DNA of 64,000 nucleotides from Mobula hypostoma (GCF_963921235.1 NC_086108.1:51648001-51712000), one strand, 5' to 3'. Positions 48,770-62,971 are shown, counted from the first letter of the stretch. Translations and numbers: made by a program. The notes: generated by a model from the sequence alone, not told the origin.

Positions 48770-51700
48770 TAGACCATAAGACATAGAGCAGAATCAGACC
48801 ATTCAGCTCATCACGTCTGGTCCACCATTCGACCATATCTGATTTATTTTTCATCTTAACCCCATTTTCCTGCCTCTATCAACCTCCACTTTAAGTATAC
48901 CCAATGGCAAGGCTTCAACAGGAATCTGACAGTGAATTGCACAAATTGACCAACCCCTGGCTGAGAGAATTCCTCATAATCTCTGTTCTAGAGGAACATC
49001 TTTCTATTCTGATATTATGCCTTCTGGTCCTAGACTCTCTCCTACTGGAAACGTCCTCTCCACATCCACTCTATCAAGGCCTTTCAATATTCGATAGGTT
49101 TCAATGAGATTTCTTCCCCCCGCCCCCCACCAATTCTTCTAAATTCCAGTGTGTAAAGCTTCAGAGCCATCAAGCCCTCTTCATATGTTAACCCTTTCAT
49201 TCCTGGGATCATTCTTGTAAACCACCTCTGGACCTCTCCAATGCCAGCTCTTAGATATGCGACCTAAAATTGCTCACAATACTCCAAATGTGGTCTGATT
49301 GATGCTTTATAAAGCCTCAGCATTATATCCTTGCTTTTATATTCTACTTCTTTCAAGATGAATGTTAACATTGCATTTTTACTACCTATGCAACCCGGGG
49401 AATCCTGCACTTGGACTCCCATTGCCACTCCTTTGCCCATTCTCCTAATGTGTTCCAAGTCCTGCTGCAGACTCCCTGCTTCTCAATATTATACGGCCCT
49501 TCACCTACCTTTGTATCATCCGCAAGCCTGGCCACAAAGCCATCAGCTGCATCATCCAGATCATTAACATATAACGTGACAAGTAGCAGACCCAACACAA
49601 ACTCCTCCAGAACACCTCTAGCCACTGGCAGCCAACCAGAAAGGACTCCTTTTTTTCCCACTCTGTGCCTCCTGACAGTCGGCCAATATTCAGTTCATGC
49701 TAGTATCTCTTCTGTAGTACCATGGGCTCTGACCTTATTTAGCAGCCTCATGTGCAGCATCTTGTGAAAGGCCTTCTGAAAATCAAAGTAAACATCATCC
49801 ACTGACTCCTTTTGTATCCAGCCCGTTACTTCCTCAGAGTTCCAACAGATTTGTCAGGCAAGATTGCCCCTCAAGGAAACCATGCTGATTTTTATCCTAT
49901 TTAACCGTGTGCTTCCAGGTAGCCCTAAACCTTATCCTTAATAATGGATTCCATCTTCCCAGCCACTGAGTCAGCCTAACTGGCCTATTAATTTCCTTTC
50001 TTCTGTCTCCTTCCCTTATTAAAGAGTGGAGTGACATTTCAATTTTCCAGTCCTCCGGAACCATTCCAGATTCTAGTGATTCTTGAAAGATCACTACTAA
50101 TGCCTTCATAATTTCTTCAGCTGTCTCTTTCAGAAACCTGGGGTGTAGCCTATCCTGTCCAAGTGACTTATTTACCTTCAGACTTTTCAGCTGCCCAAGC
50201 AGCTTCTCCTTAGTGATGGCAACTACACTCACTTTTCTCCCCTGACACTCTTTTGAATTTCTGGCATACTTACGAAGACTGACACAAAATACTTACTAAG
50301 TTTATCCGCCATTTCTTTGTCCCCAATTAACACCTCTCCAGTGTCATTTTCCAGTAGGCTTCTGTTCATACTTGTCTCTGTTTTACTTTGGAAACATCTG
50401 AAAAATTTTTTAGTCTTCTGCAACAGACGAGAGGGGGGGACAAACAGCTCACTGGTTTCAGTGTTACAATCTGCAGCATCGCTTATTTGAATTCTCCTGA
50501 CCTGAGGACCCTCAGACTCGCTCACCATAGATAGGTAGATAGAGAGAGAGAGAGATCAAGTGCAGAGACCTTCTTTTCACAGCAGCACGTACCACCTGCC
50601 TGCTCACTCGATGTTTCAATCTCCCATGATGCTTCAGTCAGCAACATTGGCGAGGAATCTTCGCCTACAGGACCCCGGCACACGACCTCCAGGCTGCACC
50701 TGGAGATATTGAATCGCCAGTCTGCTTGGCAAGTTCAGAGAGCGAGAACTCACAGCTTGGGAAGAATGTAGTTTGACCGCAACTGTGAATCACGGACCCC
50801 GACAGGATTCCAGCCATCTTGAAAAGGAAAAGAGACATGAGAAGAGAAGAAATTAAACTGTTTCACGGACAAACTGGAAAAAATTCCCCTGGTCCACAAA
50901 AACCTCTGGCACCGTCTTTAGCTCCTCCCACTTTAGCACCTGCTCTTGATTTTTAAAAGATTCCCACTAATTGTTGTGGGCACATGGCGAAGTGGTTGAG
51001 GCATTGGACTAGCTACCTGAAGGTCGTGAGTTCGAGCCCCAGCCGAGGGAACGTATTGTGTCCTTGAGTAAGGCACTTAATCACACAGTGCTCTGCGACG
51101 ACACTGGTGCCAAGCTGTATGGGTCCTAATGCCCTTTCTTTGGACAACATTGGTGTCGTGGAGAGGGGAGACTTGCAGCGTGGGCAACCGTTGGTCTTCC
51201 ATACCACCTTGCTCAGGCCTGCGCCCTGGAGAGTGAAGACTTTCCAGGCACAGATCCATGGTCTCGCAAGACTAACGGATGCCCGCTAATTGTTGCTTTA
51301 TTGTATGCCCTCTCTTTTGCTTTTATGCTATCTTTGACTTCCTTTGTCAGCCATGGTTGCCCCATCCTCCCTTTAGAATGCTGCTTCTTTGGGATAAATT
51401 GATCTTCTCTTCCAACTTACTTACAGAAACTCTGGCCATTGCTGTTCTACCATCATCCCTGCTAGTGTCCTCTTACAGTCATCTGTGGCCAGTTCTTCTC
51501 TTGTGTCTCTGTTGTTCCCTTTTGACTGTAATACTGATACATTATTTTTGCCCCTCTCCCCAGTGATTTCTATCATATTATGATCACTGACTCTTAAGGG
51601 TTCCTTTACCTTAGGCTCCCTAATCAAATCTGGTCCATTACACAGCACCCAGTCTACAATTGCCATTTCCCTAGTGTTCCTAAAAAGCCATTTCATATGC

Positions 51701-52560
51701 ATTCTACAAATTTCTTCTCTTGTAATGCAGCACCAACCTGATTTGCGCAATCAACCTGCATATTGAAATCCTCCATGACTATTGTAACATTGTCCTTTTT
51801 ACATGCCTTTTCTATCTCATGTTATATTTCATACCCTACAACCTGGCTATGGTTCAGAGGTCTGTATGTAATTCCCAACAGGGTCTTTTTACCCCTGCTG
51901 TTTCTTGATTCTATCCACAAGGAATCTACATTTTCTGGTTCCATGTCACTTCTTTATAAGGATTTGATTTCATTTATTTTACTAACAAAGTCACTCCATC
52001 CCCCCTGCCCACCTGCCTGTCCTTTTGATATCATGTGTATTCTTGGACGTTAAGGTCCCAGCTGTGATCTTCTTTCAATCAATCATGACTCTGATGCCCA
52101 TAATATCATAGCTGCACTACAAGATCATCTACCTTGTCTCGTATACTGCATGCATTCAAATATAACACCTTCAGTCCTGTATTCACCACCTTTTTTTTCA
52201 ATTTTGTTTCCATGTTGCCTGAAGTTAAATTCTTATCCCTTCCTAAATTTTTAGGTTTTTTTATTCTGGTGACTTTAGTAACCTCCCCTACACTCTCCTT
52301 CCCTTTCGCTTTATCCATACTTTCCCGAGCCGTTGAACCCATGCTACTATTTAAAGCCCTATCCACAGCCCTAGTTGTGATTCACCTGGTTCCAGCATGG
52401 TTTAGGAGGACACGTCCCCTTGTAACAGCTCCTTCCTTCCCCAATACTGAGACAAAGGTCCCACAAATTTAAAACCAGTTCTTCCACACCAGTCTTTCAG
52501 CCACACATTTATCTCTCCGAAACTATTAACCCTGTGCCAATTTGCACATGGCCCAAATAT
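48770..52560 (-). mobile_element. Long CR1 LINE (end of ORF1 through decayed ORF2), with insertions at ~50420-50930 and 50977-51281
   Basis: LKVLYLNACSIRDKVDDL (APE start); [34 protein letters not shown]; 3' end near 48770. Confidence 0.88.
50977..51281 (+). mobile_element. tRNA-derived SINE, family A copy 5 (inside a CR1)
   Basis: TSD cccactaattgttg / cccgctaattgttg (50963-50976, 51282-51295). Confidence 0.88.
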
Positions 52561-52849
52561 ATGACTTGAAAAGTAGGTTCTTAATTCTTTCTGGGATCTT
52601 AGACAGTTATCCCTTATTTTCTAATCCATTACACCCAAAGAATATATCTGTCTACAAATGTTCCCACTTAGTAACAACACGTTACTACTTTACTCTTATT
52701 TTTATTTTTGTAAATTTGTAAAGTTCTATGACAAATTATTGTGTAAACATTAATTCTACCTATTTCCTCTGGCAGTGATAGTCCTTTAATGGACTTTTGC
52801 ATCTCAGCTGTGGAGCTAGAGAAAGTTTTGTGTTAGTGAATTTTACCTT

Positions 52850-53140
52850 TCAGAGATTTAAGAGATGATGATTAATTTTATTTGTTGCATGTACATCGAA
52901 ACATACAGTGAAATGTGTTGTTTGCATCAATTGAAGTTGGTGGGGATTGTGTGTGGCAGCCGGCAAGTGTCGCCTGTTTCTGGTGCCAACATACCTTGTC
53001 CTCAACTCACCAACCTTGACTGTGCGTCTTTGGAATGTGGGAGGAAACCGGAGCACCCGTATGAAACCCAGGTGGCCCCAGGGAGAACGTACAATCTCTT
53101 ACAGACCACAGTGGGAATCGAACCCCTATCTCATAGCTCG
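52850..53140 (-). mobile_element. SINE with V-like core and Rex-like tail
   Basis: ggaatgtgggaggaaaccggagcaccc core and ggaatcgaaccc B-box (antisense). Confidence 0.7.
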
Positions 53141-53800
53141 CACTTCTCTTTCCCAAATAGCTGTAAAATAAGGGTAAAACTGCATATCTTTAGGTAACAA
53201 ATGAGGCATAAGGTAAAATGGGTGGTCCTTGAGCTCCTTTGCAAACTCTACCTGAATTTCTGTATCATGAAGTACAAGTGTTCATCTAATCCTGGCCCTG
53301 ATGTTGAGAATTGCCCATCAAGCCTTAATATGTATTTTTCAAGAAGTCTACGTTTTCTGCTTTTGCTTGCCCCAGGAATGTGAACAGATATATTAACAAA
53401 CGAAATCGAACTTTATTAAATTTGTTTTGACTTTCCGTGTTCCCTTTTTTTTTAAAAAAAAGGTAACCACGGAATCTGTAAGACTGGTGATGTTTGCTGT
53501 AATTATTCTCTGAGGACCTCAGGTCAAACTTGTAGATTTGAAAAGCACGTGCACAGAAGTCTCCCCACAGCAATAACCAAATAACCATAAGTAACTTAAA
53601 ATGGAACGGATGCCTGTTAGGTTCCCATCTGAACAAATCGTACGTATGCATGTACTTGAATAAGTAGCTTAATTCCTCCCTCAAGCAGGCTTCCGGAAGA
53701 CCAAACTATTTAATTGTAAAAAGATTGTGCTGGGATGTAACCTCTAAGCAAGGCTGACTTTGATTTATAAGTAATCATAGCAAAGGAGCCAATATCAAGC

Positions 53801-54014
53801 AACACACATCAAAGTTGCTGGTGAACGCAGCAGGCCAGGCAGCATCTGTAGGAAGAGGTGCAGTCGACGTTTCAGGCTGAGACCCTTCGTCAGGACTTCG
53901 GCCTGAAACGTCAACTGCACCTCTTCCTTAAGATGCTGCCTGGCCTGCTGCATTCACCAGCAACTTTGATGTGTGTTGCTTGAATTTCCAGCATCCGCAG
54001 AATTCCTGTTGTTT
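53801..54014. mobile_element. Foldback Penelope-derived mini-element, copy 2
   Basis: Inverted arms around ~53897; 15-bp TSD gagccaatatcaagc / gagccaatgtcaagc (53786-53800, 54015-54029). Confidence 0.88.
53862..53897 (-). ncRNA. Minimal hammerhead ribozyme motif (Penelope type)
   Basis: AGUC-CUGACGA-AGG(GUCUCAG)CCU-GAAAC-GUC-GACU, with a GUC cleavage triplet. Confidence 0.65.
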
Positions 54015-54864
54015 GAGCCAATGTCAAGCTAGGCCTTAAATGAAAATACTTCTAGTCACAAATATCTTAGCCTGTTTTACTGAAGTCAGATGTGTCCATG
54101 AACGAATATGGAATGTTAAAACACCGTCAACAAACTTTATACTTGGATATGTTTTTAGAGAGATTCTTAATAAAAAGGATCAGTATGGGCAAATTTTACA
54201 CCATATCAATGAGTAATTTGAACAATTTGCTCAATATTGTTATTGAATAGGCATCTTCATTAATTTTAATTAGTCCTATTTTTAGCAAGTACTTTATATT
54301 TTCAGCGTTTCAAATAATGGAACAATTATTTATCCAGCAAGAGTTTGCTTTGCTTCCTCTATAATCATTCCTGTTTGGAAGTAATCACTTCTGTAGAGAT
54401 CTTGTGCATAGATAAAATAAAATAGCCTTATTCTCTTTGCGTAGTACTACATTTGAGTTGGATTCTGATTTGAAGGATTTAAGATTAGCTTAGATTTTGA
54501 AAACTTATGCTCGCCTGTGTGAAGATTTATGCTTAGAACTTAAATGGTCTGTATTGAAGAACGATATCCTATCCATTTTCTCGAATCAAATTACATTTGT
54601 AATAGAATTACTATTATTCACATTAAATAAAAAAAGGAAATTGAATATCTTACAAACTTCATTGAGTAAGATAATTTTGTATTTCCCTACATTTTAGTTG
54701 GGCAGTTCTCTAAGCTACATTTGCTGTGTGTCCATCTGCAATGACATCTTTGTCCTATTATTGATGGGCAGTTTTGTTTCAACCACCAGATGTCAGCAGT
54801 TGGCTTAGTTGAGACGATATAAATAATATCCTGGAGAATGGAGAAGTTAGATGCACTCTCAGTA

Positions 54865-55127
54865 AGGAAAGGTACGTCACATCCGGAGTTTCTCCGGTTA
54901 GCAGACGAGTTCCCTCCACACCTCTCTGACGTAGTGGGGATTCGCGTACGAGGCAGGTTACAGCAGTGGTTTGCCATTGCCTTCTGCCAGGTAAGTTTTC
55001 AAAGAGATCACCAGCTCGTAACCCAGCACGGATGGAAAGCATGCAGAGGAGCCAGCTGGCTGGATTCAAACCCGGGACCTTTCGTCCCAAAGTCTGACGC
55101 TGATGCCACTATGCCCCCAGCCGGGTC
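54865..55127 (-). mobile_element. tRNA-derived SINE, family B, with an RTE-like internal segment
   Basis: Minus-strand tRNA head (ggcatagtgg...gggtttgaatcc); internal ggcagaaggcaatggcaaaccactgc resembles the Bov-A/RTE motif; TSD gcactctcagta / gcactcttagta (54853-54864, 55128-55139). Confidence 0.78.
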
Positions 55128-56049
55128 GCACTCTTAGTATTCGATTGAATATACATATTTATGGGAATTGATAGCTAAAGTAAAGTAATTGCCTTATCTA
55201 CATTCAGAAAACTAGGTTAGTGTTTGTTTGGTTCAAAAGATGTCTGATCTTCAGTCCTTTCCTGCATTTTGTAAGGAAAAGTGCAAGTACCAAATTTCAG
55301 ATCATTCTTATCCACCATTTGGTAAGCGACTCAGCACAATTATTCCGGGGTAGCCTCGTAACTATTATTTGCCAACTGCATCTGACATCTATGTCAAACA
55401 GGAAAAAATGCCTCTGGAAAGGCAAACTTTGTGTAGATGCTATATTATCTTGCTTCTCTACACCCTTGCATGCAGAATTGACTGGTAGCAATATGTCAGT
55501 GACTAACTTGGTCTTCTTCCTATCCAAGTCCCACTATGTCGGTGGAAGTATGGACTTGCATATTAAGCATGTGCTGTTTGATGTGGTAGACTAGCATTCA
55601 TTTCAGAAATGGCAACTTCATTTTTGTTACTGTCTTCATGATAAAAATATATACTAGCCATAACCAGTCAGGCAAATGAAAACAATTAGAGTTCCAAACA
55701 CACAATTATAAGATAATTGAAATTGATGAGGAATTCTCAACTTTCAATTACACTGTGAAAGCAAAGCACCTTACTTAGGGTAGACATGTACTGAGTTCAT
55801 CTTTTCAGATAGATGTTCAACCCAATTGTGCAATGTAAATCTAATCCTGTAGATCCCTTTAGTAGCTGTTGATAGATTTTTATATTTTTCATTATTTATA
55901 TTTCCTGATCAAAAGTTTCCTAATTAACCTTAACAAGTTTATATTGACTGCAGTCTCTTTACTATCAGTTCACCATATACTGTATTTCCATAAATCCTGT
56001 TCTCTCTTGTGCCCATTATAATAAATTCCTGCATTCCCCTCCCCCGCCA

Positions 56050-56260
56050 AACTATCCCCTACCATCCCAGGGGCAACTTGTAGAAGCCAGTTTGCCGAAC
56101 AACTAGTGCATTTTTGGAATGTGGGTAGAAACCAAGTACCCAGAGGAAACTCACTTAGTCACAGGGAGAACAGAGAAACTCTTCACAGCAGCAGTGGTTA
56201 GAAACCAGGAAACCTGAGCTATGAGACATTTGCACGACCTGTAGCATCACTATGCCATCC
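56050..56260 (-). mobile_element. HE1/V-SINE-like fragment
   Basis: tttggaatgtgggtagaaacc...cacagggagaac core. Confidence 0.6.
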
Positions 56261-56384
56261 GATCAATGCATAATGCAACTAGCTATACTTGAAACAAAAA
56301 AAAAAGTTGTTGTACATGATGCACCTGAAAAGTAAAGTAACAATAGGTAATACAGATATTAGAAAAAAGAGTTACAGGGAATTA

Positions 56385-57110
56385 TAACAGTTTATTATCA
56401 CCGGCATGTGTCGTGATTGTTAACTTAGCAGCAGCAGTTCAATGAAATATGAAAGAAAAAATATATATAGATCAATTATAATAAGGATATAAATGTATAT
56501 TGAATACATTAAAATGTGCAAAAGCAGAAATAATATATATTAAAAAAGTGAAGACATGTTCATAAGATCAATGTCCGTTTAGGAATCGTTTGGCAGAGGG
56601 GAAGAAGCTGTTCCTGAATCGCTGAGTGTGTGCCTTCAGGCTTTGATACCTCCTATCTGGCAGTAACAATGAGAAGAGGGCATGCCCTGGAAAGTGGGGA
56701 TCCTTAATAATGGACGCTGCCTTTCTGAGGCACCACTCCTTGAAGATGTCTTGGGTACTACAGAGGCTAGTACACAAGATGGAGCCGACTATTTTTACTA
56801 CTTTCTGCAGCTGCTTTGGGTCCTGTGCAGTAGAACCCCCACCCCCGTACCAGACAGTGATACGGCTTGTCAGAATGCTGTCCATGGTACATAAGTAGAA
56901 GTTTTGGAGTGTTTCAGTTGACAAACCAAATCTCTTCAAACTCATAATGATCTATAGCTGCTGTCTTTCCTCCTTTATAGCTGCATTGATATGTTGGGCC
57001 TGTGGTAGATCCTCAGAGATATTGACACCCATGAACTTGAAATTGCTCACTCTGTCCACTTCAACGAGGATTGGTTTGTGTTCCCTTGTCTTGCCGTTCC
57101 TGAAGTCACA
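56385..57110 (-). mobile_element. Rex1-like LINE 3' fragment
   Basis: ORF 56568-56945: NFYLCTMDSILT...IIKDPHFPGHALFSLL...RFRNSFFPSA. Confidence 0.88.
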
Positions 57111-57775
57111 ATCAGTTTTTCATCTTAAGAATATTAGAGTGGCTCATATGAGAATATGCAAAAAGTCTTTATAAAGACATAGTATTTTGCCTCCCACGTG
57201 CCAGAATTTGACTATTGCAATAGATTCTGGAAGGTGAACAGACAAAGCTCAAGATCTGCATTGGTAATAATCTCTTGTTCATATGAAGGAATCTTAGGAA
57301 GTTAGGAAAGTGATTGAGCAAGAGCTACAATGGTGATAATTCCATATTGCTCTGTGTATAAGCCTCTGGAAGGGTAGAAATAGGGTACTTCAGCCTTGTA
57401 CAGTATTGTGCAAAAATCATACATATATAGCTAGTTTGTAAATCTGGGGGAAGGAACGGATGCCGGGAATGGCGAAGGTGGAGCGCCATGGGAAAGGTGG
57501 CAGAAAAGGAGTGCTGGGGTGGGAGGTGGTGCAGATGCAGTCACACCCAGCCCTGAGATACCAGGCAAAGTAATTTGAATCCAAACAAATGGTTTATTGG
57601 TCATTACAGAATGCCTCTCTGGTGCTTCCCACTTCCCTCCTCCCCCCCCATAATTCCACTTGCCCGCCCCCTTCCCACTCCGAACACAATAGAGACTAAT
57701 ATCAGAATCATCTCTCACGTTTGTCGTAATATTTTTTGCAACAGCAGCTGTGCAGTGTAATATATAAAATTACTA

Positions 57776-57843
57776 TAGTACTGTGCAAAAAGTCTTGGGC
57801 ACCCCAGCTATATGTATGTGCCTCAGACTTGTGCACAGTACGG
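57776..57843. mobile_element. Tiny Tc1-like MITE hairpin
   Basis: agtactgtgcaaaaagtcttgggcac ... gtgcctcagacttgtgcacagtac inverted termini; related half-terminus near 57400. Confidence 0.55.
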
Positions 57844-58679
57844 TGTGCAGCTGAAAATATGGTACAGACAGTGGGGCTTTAGAGCCGAAGGTTATTGGAA
57901 CCAGTTCTGGGTAGGGCAGATCATGTACAGACCAGACATATTTCACTCAGTACAGTGTCTCTGCCTGGAGGTTTGCAGGTGCTGTGGGATCAAATATGGC
58001 AGAGTATAGGTGCAATAATTACATGAGTTGCATCAAAGGGGGAAAAGGTCCAACTGGAATTGGCAAAAAGGAATAGCACCAAAGTAGACAGAACTAGAAT
58101 TGGAGTATAAGGAAAGCAAAGACTTGAGTTTTAAAAAAAATAGGGAGACTGAAAATTAGTATGAGAGACGGGGACCACATGATAAAATATAAGTTGTCTC
58201 AAAAGTGTTTTTATGGGCAGATACAAGTAGTGAAAGTGTAGAGGAGCGTACACTGTTCAATAAGGTGGAGTATGAATAACTCCAGCAATTACACACCAGC
58301 TGGTCAAACCTTGGTATCAACAAATGTTTAGAAATATCAGTCTGGCACAGAAACAACAGTCACCTGGAAGAAAATCAACTAAGACAAGCCAGTATGCATT
58401 TGTTGAAGATAAATAAAATAGTATTTTTGAAATGGTAATGAATAGAATTGATGAGGGGAATACAGTCAAAGTGGTTTACATGGACATCATGAAGAGTTTT
58501 GATAAGATGCTTCATAACAGTCTTTAACAACAAAATAAAATAATCTTCCATAAAGGGGCATGGATACAGAGTTGGCTAAGTAATAGACTGGAAAGTGATG
58601 GTTGTTTTACAGATTGGAGAAAGGTAAATATGGCTATTTAAGAACTCAGACTGGAGGTCTCGGGCGTTTTCTTTGTGTG

Positions 58680-59325
58680 TCACTCCTCACTGCACATACA
58701 CGGCTTCTCTGTGGAGAGAGTGAGGAGCACTGAGTTTCTGGGAGTGCACGTACAGACTATCTCACCTGGTCCCTCAATGTCACTCCTTTAGTCAAGAAAA
58801 CACAGCAGCTTCTCCATTTCCAGAGGAGATTAAGGTGAGTGAGGCTCCTCCCCTCCCCATTTTAACCAGGTTTTATAGGAGCACCATTAGGAGTATCCCA
58901 ATCAGCTGTTTCGCCGCCTGGTATGGGAAGTGTAAGACATCTGACTGTAAGCCCCTATATAGGCTGGTGAGGACTGCTGAGAAGATCATTGGAGTCTCTC
59001 TTCCACCCATCAGAGATATTTATCAGATAGGAGGCACTACAGCATTAGGACAAGAACAGTTGGGATGGGAAATAGCTTCTTTTCCCAGGCCACAAGACTA
59101 CTGAAGTCCCTGTAACCACTCAGGTGTCATCGTGCATTAAGCACCAGTAGTGTTATACTGTTTACTTTTTAACTTGTGAAATAAATGCACCTTATTATTT
59201 GTTAATATACTTTGTTATGTGTGTGAGTTATATGTATTGTGTTGTGCACCTTGATCCGGAAGATATTGTTTTGTTTGGTGGTATACATGTGTATAGTTAA
59301 ATGGCAATAAACTGCACTTGAATTT
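58680..59325 (+). mobile_element. Rex1-like LINE 3' fragment
   Basis: ILTRFYRSTIRSI...WYGKC...RLVRTAEKIIG. Confidence 0.8.
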
Positions 59326-59559
59326 GATTTGCCTCCAGATTGTCACTGATCTAGTTAAGATCTCGGGAGATCTTCCCAACACAGCATCTATGATCCTCAA
59401 CTCTCCATACTATGCATCTGCTTCCCCTTCAAAATGTGCTTGCAGGACTACCTGGACAACATTGCTGTTGTCTCACCAAATAGATTCAATAGGATTCAAT
59501 CAGTACATTTAATATCAGAGAAATGTATACAATCCACATTCTGAAATTCTTTTTCTTCA

Positions 59560-60145
59560 TTCCTACCTTGTTTAGTTCCCACCTTGACTCTGCCCTTTTT
59601 TCCACTGGTTTGATTCTTTCCCTCTTAGTACTTTGACAGTTTCTTCTTCTGAACCATCTTCACCATAGACCTTCAGTCCCTCTATATCTCTCCCATTCTA
59701 GAATGATATAAAGGCCCTGTATTTCACTGAATACAAATCCAGCCAGTACTCTTCCACTAGCAATCTCATTTACCAGGCTGAACGCGTTCTTTAACTCCAT
59801 TCGCTCTCTCCAGATCAAAGGTGTAGCCATGTAAACTGGTATTGGCCCAGGCTATGTCTGTCCCTTTGTGGGATATGAGGACCAATCTTGGTTTTACTTT
59901 TGTTCCTCAACTCCTTTTCTAGTAAAGAGTTTCAAAAATGCATTACATTGCTGCCAATTTCCACTCTCCTCTCACTTTCAGCAATGATCCTTCCCTTTTC
60001 GGATTTCTCTCTCAGCGGAGTTCGTGGCAAGATCTACTACAAACCTCACAACATATCTTGGTTATACTTCCTTCAATCCTACTTCCTGTAAGAACTCTAT
60101 TGCATTCTCAGCATACTTCCATCTGTTGTATATGCCTTTGTGATT
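59560..60145 (+). mobile_element. Decayed Penelope RT fragment
   Basis: QIKGVAM.TG.GPGYVCPFVG; ANFHSPLTF; IYYKP. Confidence 0.6.
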
Positions 60146-60199
60146 AGAGTTCCCACACAGTGAATGGATTTAAATATTCATGAACTCTAGGTGTGCAGA

Positions 60200-61380
60200 A
60201 GAGGGGTGGAAAGCAGTAAAATAGCTAGGGTGTTGGCAGTGAATATGCTGGAATGGTCAAGGACCATCTTTTTATCTTGCTAACTGCACTTAGTTGAGAT
60301 GAAGTCCCTTCTTTTTATTTGAAGGAAGTGAGGGAATAAGTTTTGGCAGCTCTGGCCATAATCTTTGAATCATTTTCAGAATCGGGTATCTGAGGACTGA
60401 AAAATTACTAAAACTAAGTGACAGAGGGATAATAAGAAAAATGAGGTTAGAGATGTGACCAAGTGCCAGGTGATTGAAGACATGGAAAAGAAGTGGGTGC
60501 CGCAGCATGGATAGAAAATTAGCTAAGTAGAGTAGGTATGATTTTAGCTTGGTTTGGAGAGATATATACTGTGGAATTTCCTGAGGTTGATACCCAGAAC
60601 TGCTGCTTTTCTTGAATTTTGGAATGGACCATATAATTTCCAAATTTGCAGATGAAACAAAACCAAGGCCTAGTGAAATGTGAGGACCAAAGTACTACAT
60701 TTGAATGTATTGACAGACTGATAAAGTGGGTGACTAGATGATATGAATCTCTTGCTGAGATGTGTTAATGATAAATTTTAATATGGGGACTGAGAAGTGG
60801 AAATACATACTGGAGAGCAGAACATTAAAAGCTTCAGAAGAACTGATGTGTTGATATGTACATGGGTCATTTAAAGTGGTAGAGCGGATGCGGGGGGGGG
60901 GGGAGGCAGGAAGCATAGTGAGTCCTAAGCTTTGTAACTAAAGGCATGGATAATGATTAAAAAGTCATACGTGATAACATTCCATTAACATTTTATAAAC
61001 TAAACTGATTTGGCCACAACTGAAATATTGAAGCCTTTCTAGGTAGCACACTTTGTAGCTTTTGCATCTTTCCTGAGAATGTGGAAAAACATTTGAAATG
61101 ATAGCACAAAATGCTGGAGGAACTCAGCAGGCCAGGCAGCATCTATGGAAAAGAATAGTCAATGTCTTGGGCCAAGACCCTTCCAGGGATGTGTAATAAT
61201 GATTTTTTTTTAGACAGGTAACGTAACTCTAGAGTGTACAACTAGAAGTAGTAATGGAGACAGATTCCGTTGTATCATTCCAAGAAAGCTGGATAAATAG
61301 CAAAAGGGAAGGAATTTCCTGGGCTGAACAGAGGGGTAAGGAAGTGGGACCAGCTGATTTGCTCTTGCAAAAGCCAGTGC
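60200..61380 (+). mobile_element. Ancient CR1 fragments (related pieces at ~57870-58640)
   Basis: ISKFADETK; PQLKY; short Penelope terminus at ~61105-61185. Confidence 0.5.
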
Positions 61381-62971
61381 AGGTACATAAACAGATCTTG
61401 AATACCCATCTTTAGAAGTGGTGGAATTAATTTGAAATACGATTTATGGAAAAACTACAAGATCTGTGGTTATAAAATATTAGAGGCAAGGAATTTATCC
61501 TTTTAAAGCACTAATCTGTGTGCTGGTGTGTTTCTTGGGCTAGAGGAGAATTGATGGGACAGTAGAGTTGTGAAGACTTTCAATCAAGTAGCTAAGGAGG
61601 AGAATCATTAACGTGGCATATGCTCTGAAACCAGATGGAACAGACTTGAGTTGTTTGGCAAAATTGGTAGGAAATATTCTTTGAGTGCAGAATATTGTAA
61701 TCTGGAATGCAAAGCTCAAGACTGCCGGAGAGCAAGCTAAGTAATTGTTTATAAAAAGAAATTGGATATGTAAATGAAGGCAAAATAGTTGCGAGCCAGT
61801 TTTAAAAATTAGTAAGTGTATCAGGTTGGGTGTTCGTATCATAGAGCTTGGCACATACATGATGGGCTTATCATGTGATCTGTGAAGCCCATAAAAATTG
61901 TATTGCAAGGCCTGTGGTGTTTAGACTATATGTTCTTTATAAGGCTGGCAACTACTACTGCCCGATTGTGTTCCAGTCCACAATGTAGAGCAAACACAAG
62001 CACGTATTTTCTGAGTCTTTGTCCTCCATTCAGAAGTCCCATGTGGGAGGCTATTCCAGACACCTCATGGTGCAGAAAGTTCTTCATTGCTGTTTGTCTG
62101 TTTGCCATCTTGTTCACGTTTAATCAAAAATTAAGAAATGTGGGTTTCTCTGGTTTCTTGTTTTTAATTGTTTATATTGACATAAAATTAAAATGTAGAA
62201 TTTGTGGGAATGGCTTGTAAGTATCCTCATCTCTCTACCTGGCTACAAAGCTCTCCCCCTAGCCCAGAGAAATCCTGGCAGTAACAAACTCAATGCTGAT
62301 AACTGGCTATTGAGCTTGATACCACAGGGAAACACCCAAGCATCAGCATCTCCACAGCAATCTGTAGAGCAAATCTTTGCTTTGAGAGAGCAGTGGGAGG
62401 CAGGAATTGACTGTGGTGAGGGCAAGACTCTGTGCCAGGGTCTCAACATGGCAGCATTCAGCCCCCCCTCCCCCTCTTTTGGTGCTGATTTCTTTGCTGC
62501 TTTCATTCCAGAGGACCTAGAAGTCAGCAAAGTACCAATGTTGGGTGAATTCAGAATGGAACTAAGATGCAGTTAAACAAAATAATATAGTACATTGTGG
62601 TAACTACAGATATTAATCTGCTAATAAACATTCACCATACATAAAGTTAGGGTGTGCCTTGTAAACTATATAAATGGCCAAGAGTCTGAACAAGAATGTG
62701 TTTTTCTTTTACCACATCAGTGCTGTGTTCTCCAAGATATTTCCTGTATTTCTTAATATTATGACCAAATTGTGTAATAAAGGCTTAATGTGCAATGTCT
62801 GGGAAGCATAAAACTACACAACACATTAATTTGTTCTGTTAAATTAAGGGTAACTATTAATAGAAATGAGTTGTATTTGGTTGATTATGTCAATAGGCAT
62901 GTGAGTACATCTATTTTTGATTGTACTTTTGGCATGGAGTTAAATTTTTTTTTAAATATTTAATTTTTCAG

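Noticed and set aside
62202..62576. 124-aa ORF in GORAB intron 1
   Set aside because: No recognisable motif and no splice context; exon 1 joins exon 2 in phase without it.
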